A stretch of DNA of 56,700 nt, taken from the IMG/VR virus record IMGVR_UViG_3300017917_004074, one strand, 5' to 3'. Source of the stretch: an uncultured virus (IMG/VR IMGVR_UViG_3300017917_004074) (lineage: Duplodnaviria; Heunggongvirae; Uroviricota; Caudoviricetes). The number at the start of each line of letters is the position of its first letter. Within the stretch, counting starts at the first letter, position 1. Shown in pieces: positions 25,398 through 35,438 of this stretch. The translations under genes were made by a program, and so were the position numbers. The notes under the pieces are model-generated. The model saw only the letters and a program-made list of their open reading frames with translations. It ran no database searches and was not told the DNA's origin.

Positions 25398-26159
25398 TTA
25401 TGGTTGATATATTTTTTCTATAAAATTTTTATAATCTTGGACTCTGTCACCAAAGGCATTTGTGCTTATTCTTAACCTCTCGTCTTTTTGAGCTTGATAT
25501 CCTTCTGGATACCTAAGATCATCGTTTGTCGTATCCAAGTGCACTAGGGGCTGTATTCCTCTTGCCATGTAAGTATATGTTTGCTCGGTGATTAAGTCGT
25601 CAATTGACATTGTAGCACCTTCGTCAACTACTGTGATTCCAAATATCTTCATTTTAGCAGCTAAGCCATATTCGTTAAACATTGTAAAAACAACATCAAA
25701 TGGCGGAAGCATGTCGGCAAGCGGGGCGTAGAAGCCTTTTGTATCTGCTAACAATTGCCTATATGCATCTATTCTATAGAATGCGTACTCATTAAACTGA
25801 GTAAAAATCATACTTCCAGCAATTGTTCTAGCGCCCTTAACAAACCCTCTTGGATTAACATGACCTAGTGTTCTTACGGGAGAATTTTCCCTGTGCATTG
25901 AGTACGATATTGTTTGGAGTTCGGCAAGCTCTAATACATCGCCTTGATTAGTTAAAAAGCCATCTTCTCCAATTTTTGGTATGACCATCGTTGCATGAAT
26001 GTCGGCACCAGAAAACGACATGTCCGAAAACGGATCAGGAAGAAAGTTGTTTTTTCTAAATTCTTTTATTGAGTCTTGGTAGTTAGCAACTCTGTTTTTT
26101 CTAGAGGAAATTGTTGTAAGACTCGCAATATCTTTTGTTTCTTCGTTTTCAAAAGGCAT
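25398..26159 (-). CDS. Tail tube-like paralogue 2 (253 aa)
   Basis: FSGADI...TISYSMHRENSPVRTLGHVNPRGFVKGARTIAGSMIF...LPPFDV...YTYMARGI, clearly paralogous to 26245..26934. Confidence 0.65.
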   Translation of the reverse strand: MPFENEETKDIASLTTISSRKNRVANYQDSIKEFRKNNFLPDPFSDMSFSGADIHATMVIPKIGEDGFLTNQGDVLELAELQTISYSMHRENSPVRTLGHVNPRGFVKGARTIAGSMIFTQFNEYAFYRIDAYRQLLADTKGFYAPLADMLPPFDVVFTMFNEYGLAAKMKIFGITVVDEGATMSIDDLITEQTYTYMARGIQPLVHLDTTNDDLRYPEGYQAQKDERLRISTNAFGDRVQDYKNFIEKIYQP

Positions 26160-26179
26160 ATTTCCTCTTTATAAAAGTA

Positions 26180-26224
26180 TTAGTCGGCGGCAGAGAGCTT
26201 CCCCGTTTCTCCACCACCGACTAA
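26180..26224 (-). terminator. Intrinsic terminator-like hairpin after the major tube gene
   Basis: Minus strand TTAGTCGGTGGTGGAGA...TCTCTGCCGCCGACTAA long stem (with G-U pairs) followed by TACTTTTAT. Confidence 0.65.
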
Positions 26225-26244
26225 CAGCTTAAAATGTATTTAAA

Positions 26245-26934
26245 TTACGGTCTGATAATTGCAGAGTTCAATCCGCTAGCGCTAACAGCATCTTTGCTAA
26301 TCAGCGAACCAAGATCATCTTGGTTAAATCTGTCGATTTGATCAGTCGTAATTCTGTACATTGGGCCTATTTCACGAGCAACATATGTCATCGTTTCTTC
26401 AATTACGATGTCATCCATTGATGCACCTGAACCTTCGTTCAGAAGCTCAACTCCATATATTGAACGGACTGCAGCCTGACCGTATTCGTTCACAAATGTA
26501 ATTGTGATATCAAATGGCGGAATCTGGTCTGCATAATAAGGCGTCTTAGTCACAACATCTCTTGTTTGAGATGTGAACTCTGCAATTCCTCTCTTGTGCG
26601 AAGGATCGCCAGGAAGAGTATTGTGAGCTCTTGTAAAGAACTTCATCTCAGTTGATGTATTATGGTGTGTTTCAAGCATCTGGTAAAGAGCTGGGCGATC
26701 AAAGACTGTAAAGATCAATGATCCAGCTATTCCTCTTTTACCTCTTGAAAAAGAACGTGGGTTGGGTGAGCCCATTGTGTAAATTGGAGCCTTTTCTCTT
26801 GTTACTGAAAAAGTAATTCCAGAAAGTGCACCAATTTCTACGCCACCAAAAGTGGCAACAATATCTGCACCAGAAAACGTTGTGTATGTGTTAAGATACT
26901 TGTTTACTGGGCTATCATAGTATTCGCCTGCCAT
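26245..26934 (-). CDS. Major tail tube protein (229 aa)
   Basis: Immediately follows the sheath gene; TFSGADIVATFGG...ITFSVTREKAPIYTMGSPNPRSFSRGKRGIAGSLIF...IPPFDITI motif set; GGAGG RBS; followed by a terminator. Confidence 0.7.
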   Translation of the reverse strand: MAGEYYDSPVNKYLNTYTTFSGADIVATFGGVEIGALSGITFSVTREKAPIYTMGSPNPRSFSRGKRGIAGSLIFTVFDRPALYQMLETHHNTSTEMKFFTRAHNTLPGDPSHKRGIAEFTSQTRDVVTKTPYYADQIPPFDITITFVNEYGQAAVRSIYGVELLNEGSGASMDDIVIEETMTYVAREIGPMYRITTDQIDRFNQDDLGSLISKDAVSASGLNSAIIRP

Positions 26935-26989
26935 ATACCCTCCAATCGGTACTTATAAAGTGCAGTGTGTGTGTTTTTTATTTATTTGA

Positions 26990-28219
26990 TTAGCCAAGGT
27001 CAACCGAGATTTGAACATCAATATTTCTGAGTTCAAATGCTGGTGTCAACACAAGGTCAATCAAAGCCTTGTTTTCAGCTGCAATGTACTTGATATTGAA
27101 ATCGCTATCAAGTATAGCGCCCAACATCTGCATGCCTCTTAGGGCTGAGGTTACGGATGTTTCCATTGAGTTTCTGACTTGAATCGTAGAAGGCTGACCA
27201 ATATACTTCTGGCAGCTTTGACGAACAACAAGAGTAGCTTCGTTGATAATTCTTAGAGTTGTTAATCTTGTGTAGTCAGATGCAGAACCCGCAAATGTAA
27301 TACCGTCTGAGAATATTGGTGCTCTATTGAAGTTAAGCGTAATTGAGTTTACACCCTTATTCGAAAGAGCTGCAAGAGCGGTCTTTGTTGGGTTGTATCT
27401 CAATGATGCTACGTTATAGACGTTCTTGTTAATTGTAGATACATAAGAAGCCATTCTGCTAAGGGCTGCTGCTGTTGCACATGCTCCGTTTGAATAGCCC
27501 CACTCTGCTGGATAAGCAGAAGGCTTAAGCTCTGCTGCAACGACCATTGAGTGACGACCAATTTCCTTAAGGGTTGCGTCACCATCGCGATCAGCGAGTG
27601 TGCCTAATGCAAGGTGAGTAGATACCTGTCCTGGCGTCATTACTTCATTTGATCCAGTGTATGGCTTAACTCCAAGGACCGCAAAGCATGGGTGCGAGTT
27701 CTCGTTAATCGACTTTACGAGATTTGAAATTTTATAGACCCAGCTATTTGCTGCCGTTGAACTGTTGTTTGCGTAGAATCCGAAGTCTGGGCTAGATGGT
27801 GTTGATGCCCACTCTTCTGAAGCTCCGCCTCTTCCCCAAGGAACGATGATGTCTGGCTGTGCTGCTTCTGCTGCGGCAAAAGCTGCATCGAGAACGCTAC
27901 CGCCGAAACTTGTGCTAGTAACGCTACCAGTTGTGTGATTCCATGTGGTGTCACTTGGGAGTGGAACCATGTAGATTCTTTCTGCGCCACCGGCAACAAG
28001 CTCAAAATAAGCTCTGTGGCAGTGCGAATCTTCACCGAATGCTGTGATAACATCGGCTTCATTTGTGCACAAAACGACGTCTAGGTCAGCTACGTTACCC
28101 TCGCCATCATCTGTATCTCTTTTGGCGATTACAACGATTCTTGGGCCCACTGGGCTGTCTTGACGAGAAATGCTGTAAAAGCGATCTTTAATAATTGTTT
28201 TTACGCCTGGTAGTGCCAT
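26990..28219 (-). CDS. Contractile tail sheath protein (409 aa)
   Basis: Sheath C-terminal pattern (DYTRLTTLRIINEA...KYIGQP...ALRGMQMLGAILD...IDLVLTPAFELRNIDVQI), N-terminal LPGVKT, GGAGG RBS, upstream of the tube gene. Confidence 0.8.
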   Translation of the reverse strand: MALPGVKTIIKDRFYSISRQDSPVGPRIVVIAKRDTDDGEGNVADLDVVLCTNEADVITAFGEDSHCHRAYFELVAGGAERIYMVPLPSDTTWNHTTGSVTSTSFGGSVLDAAFAAAEAAQPDIIVPWGRGGASEEWASTPSSPDFGFYANNSSTAANSWVYKISNLVKSINENSHPCFAVLGVKPYTGSNEVMTPGQVSTHLALGTLADRDGDATLKEIGRHSMVVAAELKPSAYPAEWGYSNGACATAAALSRMASYVSTINKNVYNVASLRYNPTKTALAALSNKGVNSITLNFNRAPIFSDGITFAGSASDYTRLTTLRIINEATLVVRQSCQKYIGQPSTIQVRNSMETSVTSALRGMQMLGAILDSDFNIKYIAAENKALIDLVLTPAFELRNIDVQISVDLG

Positions 28220-28263
28220 GGATTTTCGACCTCCGAGTATGGACTCTTTTATAACTCAGAACA

Positions 28264-28271
28264 TATAGTAA
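28264..28271 (-). promoter_or_regulatory. Putative late-promoter motif TTACTATA
   Basis: The same motif recurs in intergenic gaps ahead of structural genes (32500, 32819, 43504, 49546; variant at 55796). Confidence 0.4.
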
Positions 28272-28334
28272 TGATTAACCTATAAAAACCAACTACATTT
28301 TATTTCTGAACACTTAAATTATATATTTAAAATA

Positions 28335-29141
28335 TTAACAATCTGGCGTTGCGGATTGAAATAAGTCCACAATATTAGTCTCGTGATGGTCTTTGTATAC
28401 AGTTCTGTTATAATCATAAATCGGGGTAGCTGGCTGAGAGGCTATATATTGTCTTACGTCAAATGCAATCTTGTCTACTATATCTACTGGTGTAACTGAC
28501 AGCTTTTCGGTGGTCAATAAGTATAAAACAGTTCTTTTAATAACATCTGTTTGATCCATATTTGTTTCCGTATCAGATACCCTTCTTGCGTATACAAATT
28601 CTGAAGCTCCTAATTTTTTAAATATAGGTGTATACTCCAACATGAAATCTTCAAATCTTTCCATTATTCTATCTGCTACTTCGGCGCCAGCATACCTTGA
28701 AGAATCGCCTTCCAGCTTGGCAGCATCTGCTTGGACTATAACAGTAAATGAAACAACGTTCTGAAATCTTTGTCCTTCTATAATATAATACTTTCCATCA
28801 TCACCCAATGCTTTATCTCTATAGCGCATTTTTGGTTCTTGGTTATGAGCTCTTTTAAGCTCAATGCCATAAGCTATGCACGGGTACTGTGCAAATGTTC
28901 CACCAAAAGTTGCAACAACGGGTATGTCTGGGTAAGAGTTTTCCCAGAGAAGTTTAACAACTTGTATAAACTCAAGATAGCTAAGATTACCATCAGCCTT
29001 CATTCTTCTAGCATCTGTGTTGTGATACTGTTCGGGCTTAGTTACCTTAGTTCTATCAAAATCATTCATTTGATTTTGTCTAGTTGAAAATGCGCTTAGA
29101 TCATCATCAATTCTGCCTGGAAAAGGAAAAGAAGATTGCAT
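28335..29141 (-). CDS. Probable tail terminator/neck protein (268 aa)
   Basis: Position between head-tail genes and sheath; YPCIAY...QRFQNVVSFTV...ADRIMERFEDFMLEY alpha/beta pattern. Confidence 0.45.
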   Translation of the reverse strand: MQSSFPFPGRIDDDLSAFSTRQNQMNDFDRTKVTKPEQYHNTDARRMKADGNLSYLEFIQVVKLLWENSYPDIPVVATFGGTFAQYPCIAYGIELKRAHNQEPKMRYRDKALGDDGKYYIIEGQRFQNVVSFTVIVQADAAKLEGDSSRYAGAEVADRIMERFEDFMLEYTPIFKKLGASEFVYARRVSDTETNMDQTDVIKRTVLYLLTTEKLSVTPVDIVDKIAFDVRQYIASQPATPIYDYNRTVYKDHHETNIVDLFQSATPDC

Positions 29142-29142
29142 A

Positions 29143-31212
29143 CTATACTCCTGGGCCCGTTGTTACTGAAAAGTTAATATTTTTTAAGCCAAGAGAAGAT
29201 ACCAAATTTAATTCAAATATTAGGAATCCTCTTTCAACCTTCGATGCGTAGGCTTGCATTGAATAGCTTTTTATTACCCTTGAAGAAACAAGTAATTCTA
29301 ACATGTTTTTTACTTGATTTTTTACTTTTTCTTCTGCGTTTTTTCCAACACCATCATTAGATATATTTTTTATTTCATTTATCACCATAGCAACCAATCT
29401 CATTTGTGGTGCTTTTGATAAAGTGCTTGATTGATTAGCCATTGTAGAGTCATTTGAAACTGCAACTTCGTATGGATAACCTCTTGTGGCTTTTCTTGTT
29501 CTATATACAACATTTATTCCCATATTATCCAATCTAGCGTGAGCTGAACGAGAAAGATCTGAACCAAAAACTGACATAGCTCCAGGTAAACGCCTTCTGA
29601 TCATTCCCATATACACTGGCGTTGACGACATAGCACCAGCAAACGCAGCAGCTGCAGAACTACTATAAGACCTATTGAATCCAGAATGACTAAAATTAAG
29701 CTCACCGTATACTGGAATGATATATCTACCAATATCCGATTCGATTTGACCGTCTACAGAATAAGTAGTTAGTTTATTTTGAAAAATAGGATTTGCTTCA
29801 AGTATATCGATATCTGATTCCTTTACTCCACCAGATCTAGAACCAATTACACCAAGCTGAACATAGCCAGTTGCTTCGTGGAAGTTATAGCAGTGCAGTG
29901 CTAACTGAGAAATGAAATTTACGGAGCCAGTATTAACAATAGAAGTTTCTAACGGAACAATAATATCTATTAAATCGTATCCTTTAATTACATTATAAGA
30001 ATCGGAAAGTCTTTCATAATATTTTTGGTAAAAATTTACAGGAACACCACTAACTGAGGACACTAGATGTGGCATTGCTGTAAGCCTTTTGGATATATCC
30101 TCTATATACTCAGACATAGGGGCAGCTGCTAATACATACATACTTTGCGCTCCGCAACTATAAGCATCAAAAACGCCCCTCAGCAAGGGAGACTGCATGT
30201 CGGCTCCGAGTAAATTTATTGCTTCTTGTATTGAAGAAACCCTATATATTTCATTTAACTCTATTCCATCAGCGTGGCCAACAAGCAGTATAGCGTTCGT
30301 GCTTGACTCATCAAGATCGCTATATATCGGCCTAAAAGAAACAGAAGATCCAGTAGTTGGACCAGATAATTGGTTGCTTGTACCAGTTATATTTTTTACT
30401 AAATATTTACCAAAAACAGATGTCTCTGCTATTGTTTGCGTACTTGCATGTCTAAACTGAAATGTGTCCGAAGATGGGACTTCTACAACTTCGTATGTGC
30501 CATTTAATAAATTATCAGTTTCTTGTATTACAACAAATTCTCCAGAATTTATAAAATGATTTTCTTCAGTTTTAATTGTCGCTATATTATTTTCTAGTTT
30601 TTTAGAAATAATATTTCCAGTTTTGGTGTAGCTTTTATTAATCGCTTCAAAAAAATGTTCAACTACTTGATTTCTTCCGGCATATGTTGTTTGAATAACA
30701 ACTGTATATATTCCACTATGCAGCTCTTCAGGTATCGTATAGGTGAATTGGTATTCCGAAGAAGAAACTCTTTTAAAGAATGCGGAATTTTTTAAAGTTA
30801 ATCTGGATATACTTAAAGAGCCTACGCTTGGAATGGAAGATGCTTTTTTCTTTGCCGTTATTGTATTATCGTCAACTATCGAAACAACTTCATAATCACC
30901 ATCACAAGAAGAACTGACTCCATATACATAAACTTGATCACCAATAGATAGGTATTGAGTTTCGTCAAATGAAAAAGTTAAAGTTACATAACCATCAACA
31001 ACAGATCCCGGAAGAATAATGCTGTCTATTTTGTAACTGCTATTCAGCATGGAGACGGTCGACTGAACAATATTCCCAGAACCGGTTTCTCCACGAACAA
31101 CTGAAGCCAAAACATCAACAGGGGTAGATTCAGAAATTGGGTCAAAATAAGAACCATTAAAAATAAAACCAAATCTAAAATTTATTGTTTGACCACCGGC
31201 TGCTTTAAGCAT
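29143..31212 (-). CDS. Second sheath-like protein with N-terminal beta-rich extension (689 aa)
   Basis: The C-terminal ~400 aa parallel the sheath (AILLVGHADG...EAINLLG...SPLLRGVFDAYSCGA...QMRLVAMVINEIK...FELNLVSSLGLKNINFSV). The N-terminus has two similar small beta modules (SIGDQVYVYGV...DGDYEVVSI; NSGEFVVIQE...NGTYEVVEV). Confidence 0.6.
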   Translation of the reverse strand: MLKAAGGQTINFRFGFIFNGSYFDPISESTPVDVLASVVRGETGSGNIVQSTVSMLNSSYKIDSIILPGSVVDGYVTLTFSFDETQYLSIGDQVYVYGVSSSCDGDYEVVSIVDDNTITAKKKASSIPSVGSLSISRLTLKNSAFFKRVSSSEYQFTYTIPEELHSGIYTVVIQTTYAGRNQVVEHFFEAINKSYTKTGNIISKKLENNIATIKTEENHFINSGEFVVIQETDNLLNGTYEVVEVPSSDTFQFRHASTQTIAETSVFGKYLVKNITGTSNQLSGPTTGSSVSFRPIYSDLDESSTNAILLVGHADGIELNEIYRVSSIQEAINLLGADMQSPLLRGVFDAYSCGAQSMYVLAAAPMSEYIEDISKRLTAMPHLVSSVSGVPVNFYQKYYERLSDSYNVIKGYDLIDIIVPLETSIVNTGSVNFISQLALHCYNFHEATGYVQLGVIGSRSGGVKESDIDILEANPIFQNKLTTYSVDGQIESDIGRYIIPVYGELNFSHSGFNRSYSSSAAAAFAGAMSSTPVYMGMIRRRLPGAMSVFGSDLSRSAHARLDNMGINVVYRTRKATRGYPYEVAVSNDSTMANQSSTLSKAPQMRLVAMVINEIKNISNDGVGKNAEEKVKNQVKNMLELLVSSRVIKSYSMQAYASKVERGFLIFELNLVSSLGLKNINFSVTTGPGV

Positions 31213-31582
31213 TGTTGACCTCTTCTCTTGTAGCTCCGGCTATCCAATAAACTATTTTGCCGCCCCTACCTCGTACCGGAGCAGCAAAATCTATTTTGAA
31301 TACTTCATTTCCAGTTGGCAGTTCTTCATAAATTCTATCTCCTGATTTTGGATTTACAAAATCTTGGAAATAATATACTACCTCTGAAGACACTGTAAGA
31401 CCCTGCGTTTTTTCCTGCATTGCGTTTGCAAATCCGCTTGAACCCGGGTAATAACAGCGTGTTGTGTATCTTTGAAGTCTTGACTCATACTTCATCTGCT
31501 GGGGATCCATCAGTCTTTGCATTAAAATATTATGACCCCATTGTTTGAGAATATTTTTTAATGTTTTTTTAGGATCAATCAT
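31205..31582 (-). CDS. Probable head-tail joining (stopper-like) protein (125 aa)
   Basis: Size, position and VYYF...PKSGDRIYE...VRGRGGKIVYW pattern. Confidence 0.45.
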   Translation of the reverse strand: MIDPKKTLKNILKQWGHNILMQRLMDPQQMKYESRLQRYTTRCYYPGSSGFANAMQEKTQGLTVSSEVVYYFQDFVNPKSGDRIYEELPTGNEVFKIDFAAPVRGRGGKIVYWIAGATREEVNNA

Positions 31583-32468
31583 GCTTCCTTAAGCCTCGTT
31601 CGGGAATCGGATTTTCTTTCGGGGTTATGATTGCGCCGGGTCCATATATATCTTTGTCTGACAAATAAATTGTTGACCCAGTATACGGATCAACAGCTCT
31701 GCCAGAACTGACGGTAGGCATTGTGGGCAGTCCTTTTGGTTGTATTGCCCTTGCGCTGACTTTTTGTGCTAATATTTCTTTTCTTAACGTAGCAGCTATC
31801 TGGCACCATGTGGTTGCATTAGCTCTAGTTAGAGTTGACCTAGGTAGGTTTCTATTTGTGATAGAAAGATCACCAAGTCTAACGGACAGCTCATCATCTC
31901 CCCCACCTCCATAAACCCTGGAAAGCTCACATGCAGTTGCGGCCTTTATATACTCCAAAGCAGTAAATGAAAGATTGCTTCCATCATCGTCATCAAGTAA
32001 AGAAAAAATTTGTTTTATTTCTAAAGAATAAATATGAATAAATTCCCCTATTTCCAAGAGGGGTGCATCAGGGAAGTAAGGAATTAACTCTTCTGGGTCT
32101 ACATATAGAGGGTGAATATCCGGAGCAAACGCAATAACCTCATCTTCCCTAAGAAAGATAGTTGGATTATAGTCTTCATCTGGCGTACTAACGTATACCT
32201 GTTGATTTACAGTTATGGATCTATTATCTTCTAAAGTCCCTATAAATGTTATTTTATAAGTACCTGCATTTGCGAAAGTATATTCATAATAAAACTCCGA
32301 GGTTGATATAGACTCAAGATTGCTATCCGATAAAATCAAATTATTATTAGAATCGTATAGTTTAAAAAGCACTGAGACTGGGGAAACTTCTATCTGATTA
32401 CCGCCAGAATCAATATCTACGAATTTGACCCTAAATCGAACTGCGTCATTTACTAAAATTGAAGACAT
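31575..32468 (-). CDS. Probable neck/adaptor protein with N-terminal Ig-like domain (297 aa)
   Basis: N-terminal beta-sandwich pattern (FYYEYTFANAGTYKITF); C-terminal YIKAATACEL...SVRLGDLSIT adaptor-like pattern. Confidence 0.4.
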   Translation of the reverse strand: MSSILVNDAVRFRVKFVDIDSGGNQIEVSPVSVLFKLYDSNNNLILSDSNLESISTSEFYYEYTFANAGTYKITFIGTLEDNRSITVNQQVYVSTPDEDYNPTIFLREDEVIAFAPDIHPLYVDPEELIPYFPDAPLLEIGEFIHIYSLEIKQIFSLLDDDDGSNLSFTALEYIKAATACELSRVYGGGGDDELSVRLGDLSITNRNLPRSTLTRANATTWCQIAATLRKEILAQKVSARAIQPKGLPTMPTVSSGRAVDPYTGSTIYLSDKDIYGPGAIITPKENPIPERGLRKHD

Positions 32469-32528
32469 AAAATTATCACCCGTTGGTTTGACTAATGTTT
32501 ATAGTACCCTAGAAAACCGCTTATAGAA

Positions 32529-32813
32529 CTAACCTAAGCCAATAACATTGCCGTCATATATTGTAATTGCCTCTACCGAAGTAAGAGCTGATAAGTTTTC
32601 CTTAACTGTTTCAATTGTTATAACTCCGCTAGGATTTACGTCTATACTTAAAACAGCTACAGTTGTTAGGTTTGAATAATCCTGTAAGCCAGCAAAAGAG
32701 ATTCTTATATTATTTAAAATAATTGGATTAGAGATCCCCGGCACCTTGATTACCAGGGCTCCTATGTAGCTGATTCCAGCGTTATTGTACTCTAAGCCTG
32801 TGTTATATTGCAT
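32529..32813 (-). CDS. Hypothetical protein (94 aa)
   Basis: Intact ORF; ATG 5 nt downstream of a TTACTATA motif (possibly leaderless). Confidence 0.5.
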   Translation of the reverse strand: MQYNTGLEYNNAGISYIGALVIKVPGISNPIILNNIRISFAGLQDYSNLTTVAVLSIDVNPSGVITIETVKENLSALTSVEAITIYDGNVIGLG

Positions 32814-32839
32814 GGCTCTATAGTAATTCTTAAACTAAT

Positions 32840-33619
32840 TTAATACTGTCTAGTGTAAAAACCGGAGTCTTTTTTTAAATTAGTCATCCATATTCTGCCA
32901 TCATTGGGGACCGCATTTTGCGGAGTGCCATATAAAAATGATCCCAAATAAGCTATGCGCATACCGTGGGTTACTGGAGTTACTTCATGAGTACCAACAA
33001 AGTTTGCGGGATAAATAACAGCAGTCCCCATTTTGGGTTTATGGGTGTATTTTGCGTGTCTGAACTTTATCCATCCACCCATAAAATTTGTCCCGTTTAA
33101 CTCCTCTTCCTTTTCTACACAGTCATTAAGATAAATATTTATGCTTACCTTAGCGTGTTTTGGATATTCATTTGTTATGCCAAAACTATCATCATGCGGG
33201 ATTTGATCATCGCAGTGTGGACCTATTCTTTGGCCATTGCTATAGGTTGCAAAATGCCCAGCGGATCTCCACCAGCATACTGTCGCAGCATCGGGGTATA
33301 TTTTGCAGTATTCTACTAGTACTTTATACAAAAGATCTTCAAGAAAAACAACTAGATTTTTTTGCTCTTCTGTTGGCTTCTGGTCAAACCCCTTGCATAG
33401 AGGGTCGGTAAATCTTTCTGGGGCTATACTAACAGAATCCATATCAAATTTAAATCCTGTTTTATTTATTGCATATTTTTTACCATTTTCTTCTATGTAA
33501 GTAAAAGTGCCCTGTTCCATTTGTCTAAGGAATGATAAGTAATCAATAATATCTTGAGGATTAAAATCAAACAAATTTTCGGCCAAACATAGACCACTAC
33601 CAATATCTGTCATCTTCAT
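32840..33619 (-). CDS. 2OG-Fe(II) oxygenase, prolyl-4-hydroxylase-like (259 aa)
   Basis: HxD (PHCDD), SINIYLND, FMGG, YPANFVGTHEVTPV..G.R facial triad plus 2OG-binding Arg. Confidence 0.85.
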   Translation of the reverse strand: MKMTDIGSGLCLAENLFDFNPQDIIDYLSFLRQMEQGTFTYIEENGKKYAINKTGFKFDMDSVSIAPERFTDPLCKGFDQKPTEEQKNLVVFLEDLLYKVLVEYCKIYPDAATVCWWRSAGHFATYSNGQRIGPHCDDQIPHDDSFGITNEYPKHAKVSINIYLNDCVEKEEELNGTNFMGGWIKFRHAKYTHKPKMGTAVIYPANFVGTHEVTPVTHGMRIAYLGSFLYGTPQNAVPNDGRIWMTNLKKDSGFYTRQY

Positions 33620-34494
33620 TATGATCTCACAATCCTAAAATGTTCTGAATGTTCTGAATAACCATTTTGTTTTAAGAAATTTTTGTAATCATCCATCAGT
33701 GTCGGCATGTAGAGATTTGTAGAAGTTTTTGCCATCTCTGACTCTTTGATTGGATCCGTTACGGATTCTCCAACCTCTTTATTTGGAGTACCGTGACTAT
33801 ACCAACCTAAATATGAGTATCTTTCTCCAGAAATCACTGGTTTAACTTCATGCGCTGCCATATAATTGGAGGGGAAAAATAATATATCACCTTTTGATGG
33901 TTTAAAATCTATATCTAAATAGTTAAAATAGTGATGTCCACCAGTAAAATTACTGTCATTTAACTCTTCTTCTGTTTCAACACAGTCGTTTAAATAAAAA
34001 ACGGTACTCACTGTATTTCTTGTTGCGAGTTGATCGACTGGCGTCCACACTCCATATACGTAATCTGCGCTGACGTCCGAATGCGACCCTAGGTAAACTC
34101 CACTTTTATACTGGACAATGTGACCTTTAACTTTCCACCAAACACACTTAACAGCTAAAGGAAATAGTTCAAAGTATTTTAATAGATATTTATCTTTTGA
34201 TTCTTCTATAAAATCAAATATTGACTTGAATTTGTCATCAGCATATCTGTGAATAGCAGATCCTCTTCCTGGCATTTGATCTATTGAATCTTTGCGAAAA
34301 AAATATCCGCTTTTATTAATATAGCATTCTTCGCCAGTTTCTGGGTTGACAGCTGGCTTGTACATTTCATTTTTTTCTTTATTAATTGAATTCCTTGCAA
34401 AATCTAAGATATAGTTCCAATCGAGTTCTAAGGCTGAGCGAAATACAACTACTCCACCTCCCAAATGTTCTGCTTTTACATTGTTATCAATCAT
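33619..34494 (-). CDS. 2OG-Fe(II) oxygenase, prolyl-4-hydroxylase-like (291 aa)
   Basis: SHSD, VFYLND, FTGG, FPSNYMAAHEVKPVISGERYSY. Confidence 0.85.
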   Translation of the reverse strand: MIDNNVKAEHLGGGVVVFRSALELDWNYILDFARNSINKEKNEMYKPAVNPETGEECYINKSGYFFRKDSIDQMPGRGSAIHRYADDKFKSIFDFIEESKDKYLLKYFELFPLAVKCVWWKVKGHIVQYKSGVYLGSHSDVSADYVYGVWTPVDQLATRNTVSTVFYLNDCVETEEELNDSNFTGGHHYFNYLDIDFKPSKGDILFFPSNYMAAHEVKPVISGERYSYLGWYSHGTPNKEVGESVTDPIKESEMAKTSTNLYMPTLMDDYKNFLKQNGYSEHSEHFRIVRS

Positions 34495-35438
34495 TATTCA
34501 ACCTTTTGTGTGGTAAGTTTTTTTCTGTTCCTGAACTATTATACCTTCTTATTGTACCCCTGAGCAATGCGAGAGTATCTGGATCCGTTAAAGACGATAA
34601 TGTATCTATACTGTATTTATTTTTTATATATTCAATATAGTCTTCTCGTAAATTTTTAATCCAAACCTGACCCTGTTTACCTATTGGAGGAGTCATGCTT
34701 GTTATATGAACCCCTCTTTCTGGATGAGAAGACCCCTGGGCAAAGTACCCTATATACGCATACCTACTGCCATTTTGGCACGGATTAATTTCGTGAGTAC
34801 CCAAATAATTTGAAGGAAACATTAAAACATCTCCAGCTTTAGGTGAATAAGCTACATTTGCATAAGGAAAAACAATTTCCCCATTATTGTATTCATACTT
34901 TTTTATATCTTCTTTTGAAGATACAGAAGAATTTAAATATATTATTATACCAACAACATTTCTTGTAGCCAGTTGCAAGTCGGGCTCAAAACCCACCTGG
35001 TAATTCACATCATTATCGTTGTGTATTCCCATTCTACTGTTTGGCCCATATGCTAAAACGTGCCCCAATGTTCTCCACCAGATATTCGGAAGAATCATTG
35101 GAAATATTTCTATATACCTTAAAAGAGAGTGATAGAATGTTTTTTCGCATTCTTCAAAAAAGTTTATTAATTCTTTGGGGCTACTTTCGTCAATAAAATT
35201 CATTATATGACTAGCATTTATGTGTATATCCTCTAATGAATATCTATGACCGCTTCTATTTATTGCATAAGTATTTCCATCTGGTTCATTCACTATATTA
35301 TAATCTTCTTCTATGGCTTTTTGCTTTAAAGAAGCCAAATAGGGGATTACCAGATCTTGATTGACTTCTATTGCTCCAGGGAAGCACACAATCCCCATTC
35401 CGATAATTTATCGGGTCTGGAAGACTATTGCCATTCAC
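34487..35438 (-). CDS. 2OG-Fe(II) oxygenase, prolyl-4-hydroxylase-like (303 aa from ATG 35398, or ~316 aa from GTG 35438 via +1 at CGG 35402)
   Basis: IHND, IIYLNS, FPSNYLGTHEINPCQNGSRYAY. The extended start overlaps the upstream stop (TAGTG) and gives PINY-GMGIVCF, matching paralogue N-termini (HLGGGVVVF, ILGPGVVVF). Confidence 0.8.

Noticed and set aside
26965..26974. (GT)n microsatellite between sheath and tube genes
   Set aside because: Only about 5 units, expected by chance, with no supporting structure.
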